A stretch of DNA of 61,135 nucleotides from an uncultured Bacilli bacterium (GTDB lineage Bacteria; Bacillota_I; Bacilli_A; RF39; UBA660), in the NCBI GenBank assembly GCA_944358535.1, contig CALVRH010000004.1, positions 1 through 61,135 of the forward strand, given 5' to 3'. The position numbers and the translations under genes were made by a program. Shown here one piece after another: positions 39,022 to 47,252 of the stretch. The notes beneath the pieces are model-generated. The model had not been told where the DNA came from, made no database searches, and worked only from the letters and a program-made list of their open reading frames with translations. How positions within the stretch are numbered: position 1 is the stretch's first letter; every line of letters begins with the position of its first letter.

Positions 39022-39597
39022 TCATAATATATTTTTTAAAGCATCATAGGCTTTTCTAACAAAATAATCACTTGCATCAATTTTTAAATCATATTCCTTT
39101 AAAATATTTTTCATCTCATCAATCGTATCTCCATTATTATTTTCTAAAAGTAAATTCTTTTGTTCCATCTCTACATAAGTTCCAATACCTTTAACATCTT
39201 GAATATAAATTTCATTTTTTCCATTACTCATTAAAACATTATGATCACTTATTTCAAATAATTTTTTATAGCCGATAGCTTTCATAAAATCATAAGCTTT
39301 ATGAATATCAGTAATTGGGCATTTAACTGACTCTTGTTTTATTATTTCTCCATTTCCATTTACTTCTTTATGTTTTAAAACAAGCATTTTTCTTTTACCA
39401 ACCGTTTCTCTAATTAAAACATAATTAGAAAAAATAACTTCTTCATTTTCTAAAGACACTTCCACATCATCCTTAACCAAATAAATATCATTTAAAATAA
39501 AATTTTCTTGTTCGTGAAAGCCTTTTTTAATCATATCATCATAAAGTTCATTAAAAGATACCAAAGACCTTACACAAATTTCTAATTCTTCTTTCAT
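39022..39597 (-). CDS. CYTH-domain protein (triphosphate tunnel metalloenzyme / class IV cyclase-like), copy 2
   Basis: 191 aa. N-terminal ELEIC in place of ExExK, an LIRE block in place of the RxR strand, and a C-terminal GTYVEMEQ strand typical of CYTH/CyaB. Confidence 0.65.
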   Translation of the reverse strand: MKEELEICVRSLVSFNELYDDMIKKGFHEQENFILNDIYLVKDDVEVSLENEEVIFSNYVLIRETVGKRKMLVLKHKEVNGNGEIIKQESVKCPITDIHKAYDFMKAIGYKKLFEISDHNVLMSNGKNEIYIQDVKGIGTYVEMEQKNLLLENNNGDTIDEMKNILKEYDLKIDASDYFVRKAYDALKNIL

Positions 39598-39599
39598 AA

Positions 39600-40319
39600 T
39601 TACCTCACACTTTCAAATCCTAATTTTTTAATTTCTAAAACATCAACATTATCACCCATATGCATACAAAAAATTCTCTTCCTATCTTCAAAAGCAATTA
39701 ATTTAGCCAAATCATCTAATTGCATATGTGATTTGTAACCATCTGTTGCCACTTCGTGATACATAACTTTAATTTTCTTATCTTTAAACTTCTCTAATAT
39801 TATATCACTTATGGTGCACGTATCGCCACTGTAAAAGAAATTATCATTATCATTAATCACATGATACCCATAACTTGGCATTGGTATAATTTCACCATTA
39901 TCTCCAACATCACCATGCAATTGTTCGTATTCTTTAATATAATATCCTTCAATTTCCTTAGGCGTTTTTACATTATAAAGTTTTTCATCAATACCATATA
40001 TATCTAATAACATATAAGGAAGCCTCTTAATTGGAAATATTATATTCACTTCCCTTACTTTTTTAAATCTTAAATAAAAAACCAAACTGCCCAAACTCCC
40101 AACATGATCACTGTGAAAATGAGTAATAACAATATCAACCCTTTTAATCTTTTCAGTTATAATATTTAACTTTAAAATTTCATGAAAAACGGTTTCTCCA
40201 GAGTCAAACAAAAGTATTTCATCATTTTTTAAATAATAGTAAGCCGAATTATTTACATATTTTGTAGAAAAAGCTCCACCCGTTCCAATAAACTTAAGTA
40301 TCTGTCTCATTCTAACCAC
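39600..40319 (-). CDS. MBL-fold metallo-hydrolase (RNase Z/PhnP/cyclic-nucleotide phosphodiesterase-like)
   Basis: HFHSDHVG (HxHxDH) motif plus downstream His/Asp ligands. 239 aa. It overlaps the upstream gene by 8 nt. Confidence 0.8.
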   Translation of the reverse strand: MVRMRQILKFIGTGGAFSTKYVNNSAYYYLKNDEILLFDSGETVFHEILKLNIITEKIKRVDIVITHFHSDHVGSLGSLVFYLRFKKVREVNIIFPIKRLPYMLLDIYGIDEKLYNVKTPKEIEGYYIKEYEQLHGDVGDNGEIIPMPSYGYHVINDNDNFFYSGDTCTISDIILEKFKDKKIKVMYHEVATDGYKSHMQLDDLAKLIAFEDRKRIFCMHMGDNVDVLEIKKLGFESVR

Positions 40320-41787
40320 CTAGCTTCCTTCTAAGCACTTTAGCCCAACTTATTTCATTCTTATAATTTTGAAGCTTTCCATCATTTATTACATAATCAA
40401 AATCATAATCTCCGCTTGTTTTATAAAGAATTTTTCTATCATCTGATTGATAAATACCGTCTTTTAAAGTTAAACCAAGTTCTAAAATAACCTTTTGAAT
40501 AGCATCTTCATCAAGTGAATGCTCTTTAACCCATTTTGCCTGCCTTGTTGTATCATCATCTCCAACTAATAACTTCTTTAATCTAACTTTTTTAATTGAT
40601 GGGTTGTTTTTTAAAAAATCATTTAACTGTAATGACAGATCAAAACATTCTAAATAATCCGTCAAAGCAATATCGCATTTTATATTTCCATTTCTAAATA
40701 ATAAACTCTTTAAATAATCATCACTATATCCAAGTACCTTCATATCAACATCAGAATTTAATGCTACTCTGAGAATTTCAAACTCTAGCGGTAAATCAGT
40801 AAGATTAAAAAGGCTAAATTTGTCTTCATCACTAAATATATTACCTGAAGAATGTACCCTAACTATTTCAAACAAATTTCTATATTTGATTAAACATTCT
40901 TTTATTAATTTTAAATCATCTAAAGAATAAAACGATGGTTCTCCATTTCCACTGAGAACAAACCTTTTAAATTTTATATCATTTTCCAAAAGCTCCTTTA
41001 AAATTTCATCCAAAGATTCTAAATTATCGCAGGTAGAAAACTTTTGATTATTTTTAGCAATACAATATGGACAGTTTTTATTGCACATATAGGAACCTAA
41101 AATTAATGTCAAATTATTAAAATATACAAAGTCATTATTTAAAATTCCAACTACTTTATCTAAGACCTCATTCTTAGATAAATTTGTAGTATCGATAGTT
41201 TGGGTAAAATCATATTTTTCCCAAAAACCACTATCTTTTTCTTTTTGATCACGTTCCTTTAATTTTTTAAAAGTAACTTCATAATTCTCGCCATTCATCA
41301 ACATTTTTCTTTTAACTCTCTCGTCAAAATCAGTTTCTAAAAAAATATGATAATCTACTTCTGGATAAGCCACAACTGGTCTTCTCGCATTAAGCAAAAC
41401 ATTACTTTCACATTTTAAATCATCCACTATACCTCTTAAAGCTTCATTTAAAGAATCACCGACAATTGATCCAACCATCACTGTATCCATATTCATTTTT
41501 GGAGTATTTAAAACCTCAGAACTATAAAAATTACCATTAATCCCTACTTCTACTTTATTACAGATAATTTTATAAGTAAGATCAATCTGTTGCAGTTTTC
41601 CACTTAAAATGAACTTTCTAATACCATCTTCATCTAAAGATAGTTCGTTTATTAAATAATAAGTAAGTGGTCTAAATAAAAAACCAAAATCAAAATAGAT
41701 TAACTCATTACCCCTTTTTAATAGCTCTTCACTTATAGTAGTTTTCCCACTTCCAGAATAACCACTAATTGCAATCACCTTATACAT
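40312..41787 (-). CDS. Fusion protein: N-terminal cytidylate-kinase-like domain (~aa 1-215) plus a C-terminal radical SAM domain (~aa 225-491)
   Basis: P-loop GYSGSGKTT, FDFGFLFR (compare Cmk LDTGAMYR), NARRP...IFLETDFDERVKRK and KERD blocks aligning with Cmk. CNKNCPYC (CxxxCxxC, about nt 41062-41085), SGNGEPS, and a C-terminal YVINDGKL motif. Confidence 0.8.
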   Translation of the reverse strand: MYKVIAISGYSGSGKTTISEELLKRGNELIYFDFGFLFRPLTYYLINELSLDEDGIRKFILSGKLQQIDLTYKIICNKVEVGINGNFYSSEVLNTPKMNMDTVMVGSIVGDSLNEALRGIVDDLKCESNVLLNARRPVVAYPEVDYHIFLETDFDERVKRKMLMNGENYEVTFKKLKERDQKEKDSGFWEKYDFTQTIDTTNLSKNEVLDKVVGILNNDFVYFNNLTLILGSYMCNKNCPYCIAKNNQKFSTCDNLESLDEILKELLENDIKFKRFVLSGNGEPSFYSLDDLKLIKECLIKYRNLFEIVRVHSSGNIFSDEDKFSLFNLTDLPLEFEILRVALNSDVDMKVLGYSDDYLKSLLFRNGNIKCDIALTDYLECFDLSLQLNDFLKNNPSIKKVRLKKLLVGDDDTTRQAKWVKEHSLDEDAIQKVILELGLTLKDGIYQSDDRKILYKTSGDYDFDYVINDGKLQNYKNEISWAKVLRRKLGG

Positions 41788-41951
41788 ATTTCCTCCTCCA
41801 ATTTAAATGTATCACAAATTAAACTGCCAGAAAAATACCAATAATTTATACAAATATAACTAATAATCATTCATATAAAAAGTTTTTAAAACAATATACT
41901 TTCTAGTAATTGCCATTAAAAAAAGTAATAAAAAAATAACATTTTTTCATG

Positions 41952-42845
41952 TTATTTCAAATATTCATCTATAAAACGTCTAGGTGCTTCAGTTAAATTT
42001 CTTTCTTTACATATTAAATTCAAAGATATTTCAGGGAGTTCCTCGTATATTTTTATCTCTTTTAAATTACCGCATTCAATATCACTCTTAACCATATCCC
42101 TCAAAATATAACCTATTCCAAGGCCTTTTTTTACCATACTATAAATAAGCTCACTTGTTTCTATCGAAAGAACATTATTGAAAATAGTATTGTTTTCTTT
42201 AGCCAAATTATTTAAATATTGTCTATGTGAGCTATGAGAAACCGGCAATATTAATGGTAGTGATTCTAAATCTTTTAAATGATATTTTTCTCCTTTAGGT
42301 AAAATATTTAAATCAGGCAAAACTATAAAAGTATGCGTAAAAGTATCTAAAGGTTTTACATCAAAACCATCTAATTCATCTTTTGCCGAAACAGAATCCA
42401 AAACAAAATCAAGTTCATTATTAGAAAGCATTCTAAGTAACTCACTACTAGGCCTATCAATAATAACAATATCAATCTTATTATATTTTTCGTGAAAAGT
42501 CGCAATCTTATCAAGTAAATAAAATGAAGCCACATTAGATCTTACACCAATAGATAAAGAACCCTTTTCTAAATTCTTATTTTCCATCATCTTCTTCTCT
42601 GCTTGTCTAAAATTTCCTAAAGCTTCTTCTACTAACCCATATAGTTCCTTACCTTTATCAGTTAAAATAATACCATTTAAGGTTCTATAAAACAGCATTG
42701 CATTAAGTTCGCTTTCTAAATTTTTAAGTGCTTTACTTATTGCCGGCTGTGACAAATACATATTTTTTGCAGCATCTGAAATACTATGATATTGTGCAAC
42801 TTCATAAAAAATTCGATATAAATTTAAATTGATATTCTTATACAT
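41952..42845 (-). CDS. LysR-family transcriptional regulator
   Basis: N-terminal wHTH (SISDAAKNMYLSQPAISKALKNLE) plus a LysR substrate-binding domain. 297 aa. Confidence 0.9.
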   Translation of the reverse strand: MYKNINLNLYRIFYEVAQYHSISDAAKNMYLSQPAISKALKNLESELNAMLFYRTLNGIILTDKGKELYGLVEEALGNFRQAEKKMMENKNLEKGSLSIGVRSNVASFYLLDKIATFHEKYNKIDIVIIDRPSSELLRMLSNNELDFVLDSVSAKDELDGFDVKPLDTFTHTFIVLPDLNILPKGEKYHLKDLESLPLILPVSHSSHRQYLNNLAKENNTIFNNVLSIETSELIYSMVKKGLGIGYILRDMVKSDIECGNLKEIKIYEELPEISLNLICKERNLTEAPRRFIDEYLK

Positions 42846-42860
42846 TTTTACATCCTTTCT

Positions 42861-43613
42861 TTAAATTAAAGACTTAATTTCCTCATCCTTACCATTTTCA
42901 CTATAAATAAGTTTACCTGAGCTTAAAACAATAATATGTTTTCTCTCCATTTCTTTTAAACCGTGAATAATAATCTTAAAATTCTGTTTTCTGTTTTTAA
43001 AATTTTTAGTAAATTCATTAAATTGTTCATCAGTTATTGATAAACTATCTTTTTCTTTATAAGCCTTCCCCCTAATCGGTAAAAACCTAATTATCTTCCA
43101 ATAATCTATATCATACTTACAAATTTCATCATAAAATTCATCCATAAAGTCAATATTGCCATTAAATAGAACTGTATTTAATTGTAATATTATATTAGGA
43201 TTAATCTGCTTGAATTTCTTTAAAAGTTTTGAAACATGAGCATAATAATCTTTTCCTATACCATATTTTTCGTTCAAATCCTCAGAAATAAAGTCTAAAG
43301 AAATAATTAGCTGGTCAACATTTTGAATCTTTTCTTCCAAATTATCCTCATCAACGGTTGTTAAATTGGTATTAACAGAATTAATAATTCCATACTCTTT
43401 ACTTTTCTTTAATAAATGAGGCAAATCTTTATATAAAAAAGGTTCGCCACCAGTCCATGAAATCTTTTTCACACCTAGTTTAAATAAATTATCTAAAACC
43501 TTTTCATTTTCCTCTAAAGTCAAATCTTCCCTATTAAACTTAAAACAATATCTGCAATTTCTATTACATTTGCTTGTTATATTGTAGCATACTTTCATGA
43601 TTACTCCCTTCAA
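42861..43613 (-). CDS. Radical SAM protein, viperin-like
   Basis: YNITSKCNRNCRYCF...LTLEE...KISWTGGEPFL parallels the viperin N(Y/W)H(F/I)T..CN..C.FCF...L.LEE...KI.F.GGEPFL core. 250 aa. An alternative start is at 43598. Confidence 0.7.
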   Translation of the reverse strand: MKGVIMKVCYNITSKCNRNCRYCFKFNREDLTLEENEKVLDNLFKLGVKKISWTGGEPFLYKDLPHLLKKSKEYGIINSVNTNLTTVDEDNLEEKIQNVDQLIISLDFISEDLNEKYGIGKDYYAHVSKLLKKFKQINPNIILQLNTVLFNGNIDFMDEFYDEICKYDIDYWKIIRFLPIRGKAYKEKDSLSITDEQFNEFTKNFKNRKQNFKIIIHGLKEMERKHIIVLSSGKLIYSENGKDEEIKSLI

Positions 43614-44145
43614 ACTTTAATTCTTTTATTTTAAGTAAATCAATACCATATATTTCATTATAAATAGATGTCACATCTAAAGTAGTTGCATCATCTAAAG
43701 TATATCCAAGCATTTCTAAAGCCATAACAACATCTTCATTTGTTTTACCCTCTATTTCGGCGTATGTTGGTATCAAAGGCCAAGAATCAATAGAAATTTC
43801 TACATTGTCCAGAGAATAAATAATTCGGTAATTTTCTTGATAATTACGATATCTATATCCAAGTTCCTTTAAAATATCATTCATAACATCAAAATCACCA
43901 ACAACCGTTTCTAATTCCATAGTTCCATCTATAGCTGTTTTATCTTTGATTTCCTTAATTGTCAAAGTCGTTTTTTTACCATTTGTCCTAAGCCTAATCC
44001 ATTTATTAGGCAATATCGGATTAAAGTCATATGTATATCTTCTTTGCAAAAATTCATCTTTTTTTACTGCTCCATGTTTAAGTAAATTTTTAGTAAATTT
44101 CTTTATATCAATATTAAGAATAGTAGCCTCTCTTTCTTTAGTCAT
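43564..44145 (-). CDS. CYTH-domain protein (class IV adenylate cyclase CyaB-like), copy 1
   Basis: EREAT at the N-terminus (ExExK with K replaced), WIRLRT, MELET and YAEIEG strands. The start was set to the ATG at 44145, behind GGAGGG (the track starts 4 codons earlier). Confidence 0.72.
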   Translation of the reverse strand: MTKEREATILNIDIKKFTKNLLKHGAVKKDEFLQRRYTYDFNPILPNKWIRLRTNGKKTTLTIKEIKDKTAIDGTMELETVVGDFDVMNDILKELGYRYRNYQENYRIIYSLDNVEISIDSWPLIPTYAEIEGKTNEDVVMALEMLGYTLDDATTLDVTSIYNEIYGIDLLKIKELKFEGSNHESMLQYNKQM

Positions 44146-44166
44146 AATACCCTCCATTTCTTCTAT

Positions 44167-44195
44167 ATTATACCTTACTATTTGTTTTTTTTAAA
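44167..44195 (-). promoter_or_regulatory. Candidate promoter of the CYTH/radical-SAM cluster (TTTAAA-17-TATAAT)
   Basis: Read on the minus strand immediately upstream of the RBS. Confidence 0.45.
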
Positions 44196-44504
44196 GTATA
44201 ATAATATAATTAAAAATCATAGATATATAATTTTTTCATATAGAAAGTAAAGGAGAGAAAATTAATCAGTTTAGTCTACCTATTGTTTCATCTTATTCAC
44301 CTATTTATGACTGGTAATGCTTATCATGACACCCTCCACAATAGCAGTTCCAAAGTAATTTATAAAATCTCTTATTACATAATTAAATTGTTTCATTCTT
44401 ATAACTTATGAAATATTGTAATTTATTTTAACTTCCTCTTGAAATTTTATATTGATTTTATATTCTATGTTGGTTGACCGTGTGAATATTTTCAAAACTA
44501 GTAT

Positions 44505-44535
44505 ACAAAAAAACTATAACTAAATCGTCATAGTT
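44505..44535 (-). terminator. Probable terminator after ttcA
   Basis: AACTAT-12 nt-ATAGTT followed by TTTTTTT on the minus strand. The stem is short and AT-rich. Confidence 0.4.
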
Positions 44536-45331
44536 AATATTTATCCAAAAAATTATGTTTTATATCATCTTCAAAATACGTTATCACTTTATCAAGTTTC
44601 ACATTACTTAAAGAATTAAAAACATTCCTATCTGCATCATCATAATATTTTTTTAATACTTTTATGAGATTTTTCATCTCTTTTCGCTTGCCAGTATTTT
44701 TCAAAGTCACACTACACGCACAATCGATAAACGATAAATCATTATATTTTACCCAATTTAAAATACTCTCTTCACGAACTAAATAAAGTGGCCTAATAAG
44801 TTCCATACCATCAAAATTATCACTCTTAAGTTTTGGCATCATTCCAGCATACATTCCATTATAAATTAAATTCATCAAAATAGTTTCCAATGCATCATCA
44901 AAATGATGACCCAAAGCAATTTTATTACATCCAAGTTTTTGCGCATAACTATATAAATAACCTCTGCGCATTTTCGCACATAAATAACAAGGATTTTTCT
45001 CATTACTAACCACTTTAAAAATTGAACTATCAAATATATGAGCCTTTATATTTAAAATATTTAAATTAACCCTTATCTTATTCAAAACCTCATCAGTATA
45101 ACCTGGGTTCATAATAATATATTCTAAAGAAAATTTAATTTTTCCATGCCTCTGCAACTCTTCTAAACATTTAGCCATTAAAAACGAATCTTTACCACCA
45201 CTAATACAAACAGCTATTTTATCATTTTCGTTAATTAATTTATAATCGGTTATCGCTTTAACAAACTCATGCCAAATAGAAGGTCTAAATTTTTTTATAA
45301 TGCTTCTTTCAATTTCTTTGTATTTTTCCAA
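44534..45331 (-). CDS. ttcA: PP-loop ATPase, TtcA-like tRNA 2-thiocytidine biosynthesis protein
   Basis: SGGKDS PP-loop, CYLCAKMRRG, and Cys motifs. 265 aa. Confidence 0.8.
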   Translation of the reverse strand: MEKYKEIERSIIKKFRPSIWHEFVKAITDYKLINENDKIAVCISGGKDSFLMAKCLEELQRHGKIKFSLEYIIMNPGYTDEVLNKIRVNLNILNIKAHIFDSSIFKVVSNEKNPCYLCAKMRRGYLYSYAQKLGCNKIALGHHFDDALETILMNLIYNGMYAGMMPKLKSDNFDGMELIRPLYLVREESILNWVKYNDLSFIDCACSVTLKNTGKRKEMKNLIKVLKKYYDDADRNVFNSLSNVKLDKVITYFEDDIKHNFLDKY

Positions 45332-45332
45332 T

Positions 45333-46259
45333 TTAATGCCTCATTAAAGAATTTTCTTTATAAACTTTTATTTTCTTTTTACTATCAAAACGTGCTATAT
45401 CTTGAACCGCATCATCAAGATCATGAAGTCCAACTAAACTCTCACTAATATGACTAGCAACAGAATCAATAAAATGTGATGAAGAAATATATTCCTCACA
45501 CAAATCATCACTATAAGTTTGTAATTCAGAAACAGGAGACTTTAAAGCTTTTTTAATTTCTTCAAAATCAATACTATCCATAAATATTTTCTTATTAAAA
45601 GCTTTACTACACTCTGGCGATAAAAAAGTTTTTCTAATTGCCTCTCTATATTGATCAATATATTTATCTTCATCATCAGTCTCACCAAATATATCAATCA
45701 ATTCAGCAATCACCTCTCTTACGCAATCGCCACTATATTCAGATGGATAAATTGCTTCATCTATCTCATCAATCGTATATATAGGTTTTTTTATAAAACA
45801 GTCTTCTAACCCATTATTATCTATCTCACCAATAAACATGGTATTAGTAATATCACAAAGGTGATTATCATAAGTAAAAGTTTTAGAAGAAATTATTGAA
45901 TTTAAAGTAGCAAAACCCCCATAAAGAAAAACATCTCTCATATCATGTACTAAAATAATCCCTCTATAGCCCTGACGATTATTTTCAATAAATAATCTCG
46001 AAAAAGCATTATAAAGTACAAACGGTTCTACCCCCTGTGGTGTGAATAATCCAGAAATTCCAACCAATGGTATATTCATCTTATGAGCAGTTTGCTCCAC
46101 CATTGTTGTTTTACCACTACCAAGTTCTCCAACCAATAAAATATTTTTAGGATGAGATAATTTCTTATTACGATCTATCGTCCAAACCAATTCTTTCAAA
46201 GCTTTATCTTGATTACAAAGCAAATCACATAAATCATTATATACATCTTTTACTTCCAT
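45333..46259 (-). CDS. ClpX-like AAA+ protein, paralog B (degenerate Walker B and sensor 2)
   Basis: NQDKALKELVW...KNILLVGELGSGKTT aligns with ClpX (GQE.AK..L...KSNILLIGPTGSGKT). GIILVHDMRD stands in place of hhhhDEID. There is no zinc-binding N-domain. Confidence 0.6.
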   Translation of the reverse strand: MEVKDVYNDLCDLLCNQDKALKELVWTIDRNKKLSHPKNILLVGELGSGKTTMVEQTAHKMNIPLVGISGLFTPQGVEPFVLYNAFSRLFIENNRQGYRGIILVHDMRDVFLYGGFATLNSIISSKTFTYDNHLCDITNTMFIGEIDNNGLEDCFIKKPIYTIDEIDEAIYPSEYSGDCVREVIAELIDIFGETDDEDKYIDQYREAIRKTFLSPECSKAFNKKIFMDSIDFEEIKKALKSPVSELQTYSDDLCEEYISSSHFIDSVASHISESLVGLHDLDDAVQDIARFDSKKKIKVYKENSLMRH

Positions 46260-46277
46260 AATTATCCTCCAAACTAA

Positions 46278-47225
46278 TTAATTCTTATGTGAAACTAACA
46301 AAGAACCCTTTTTTAACACTTTTTCATTATTTTGATAATCGCGAGAAACAACTTCTTCAATCACCCTTGATGCTGAATGTAAACCTTCCCCACTTTCCAA
46401 AACATAATAAGCAATCTTTTTAATAAAGCTATCGGAATTAATATACTCCTCTGTCAAATCATTTCTATATAAATTTAAAACTGACAAAGGAGAATTAATA
46501 GCTTTTATTATATTATCAGTATCCATATCATCCATATAAATTTTGGTTTTAAAAACTTCTTCACAAGTAGATGATAAAAATCTATATTTAATTTGATCAG
46601 CCATATACTTTTCAAATCTCACATTAACACTTTTATTACCACTTGAATCTATATGTACCTCATTAGCCTTAGTCAAATATTTTTTTACCATATTTAATGT
46701 AGGAGAAACAAAATTATCACTATCTAAATCTGACAAATCATCCATACTAGACATAAAAATATCTCTAACATTATTAATATCTATCTCACCAACAAAAGTT
46801 ATACTAGAAATATCATAATATCCTTCATCTCCAAGATCTATTATTCCAGAAGCCAGCATACTATTAAACCACATACTATGTCCATATAAAAAGCAATCTT
46901 GAAAATCATGTAATAATAAAACGCCTCTATCAGTTCCGTCACCATTCATCATCATTTTGTAAATTCCACTTAAAAATAAACGTGAATTTATACCATTAGG
47001 AGAAAATAAATTATAAATCTCTCCTAATGGTATATCCATTAATTCAGTAATTTCTTTTAGCATCGTAGTTTTACCTGAACCACGCTCGCCAATCAGTAAA
47101 ATATTTTGTTTAAAATTCATTTTCAAATCAAAATTTTTATAAAGTACCCAAACTAATTTTCTAAGTGCTTCATCCTGTATACCTATATTATCTTTTAAAA
47201 GTTCATAAAATAATATCTCATTCAT
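46278..47225 (-). CDS. ClpX-like AAA+ protein, paralog A (degenerate Walker B and sensor 2)
   Basis: GIQDEALRKLVW...QNILLIGERGSGKTT, GVLLLHDFQD, and C-terminal SGEGLHSASRVIEEVV (compare ClpX TGARGLRSIVE). Confidence 0.6.
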   Translation of the reverse strand: MNEILFYELLKDNIGIQDEALRKLVWVLYKNFDLKMNFKQNILLIGERGSGKTTMLKEITELMDIPLGEIYNLFSPNGINSRLFLSGIYKMMMNGDGTDRGVLLLHDFQDCFLYGHSMWFNSMLASGIIDLGDEGYYDISSITFVGEIDINNVRDIFMSSMDDLSDLDSDNFVSPTLNMVKKYLTKANEVHIDSSGNKSVNVRFEKYMADQIKYRFLSSTCEEVFKTKIYMDDMDTDNIIKAINSPLSVLNLYRNDLTEEYINSDSFIKKIAYYVLESGEGLHSASRVIEEVVSRDYQNNEKVLKKGSLLVSHKN

Positions 47226-47252
47226 ATAATCATCCTATCATTAGGCCACTTT

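Noticed and set aside
42861-43613. Radical SAM ORF as MoaA, QueE, NrdG activase or a RiPP maturase
   Set aside because: No molybdopterin, queuosine or nrdD genes and no precursor peptide or SPASM Cys-rich C-terminus were seen. The N-terminal core resembles viperin more closely. This still needs a profile search, so it is kept as a hypothesis.
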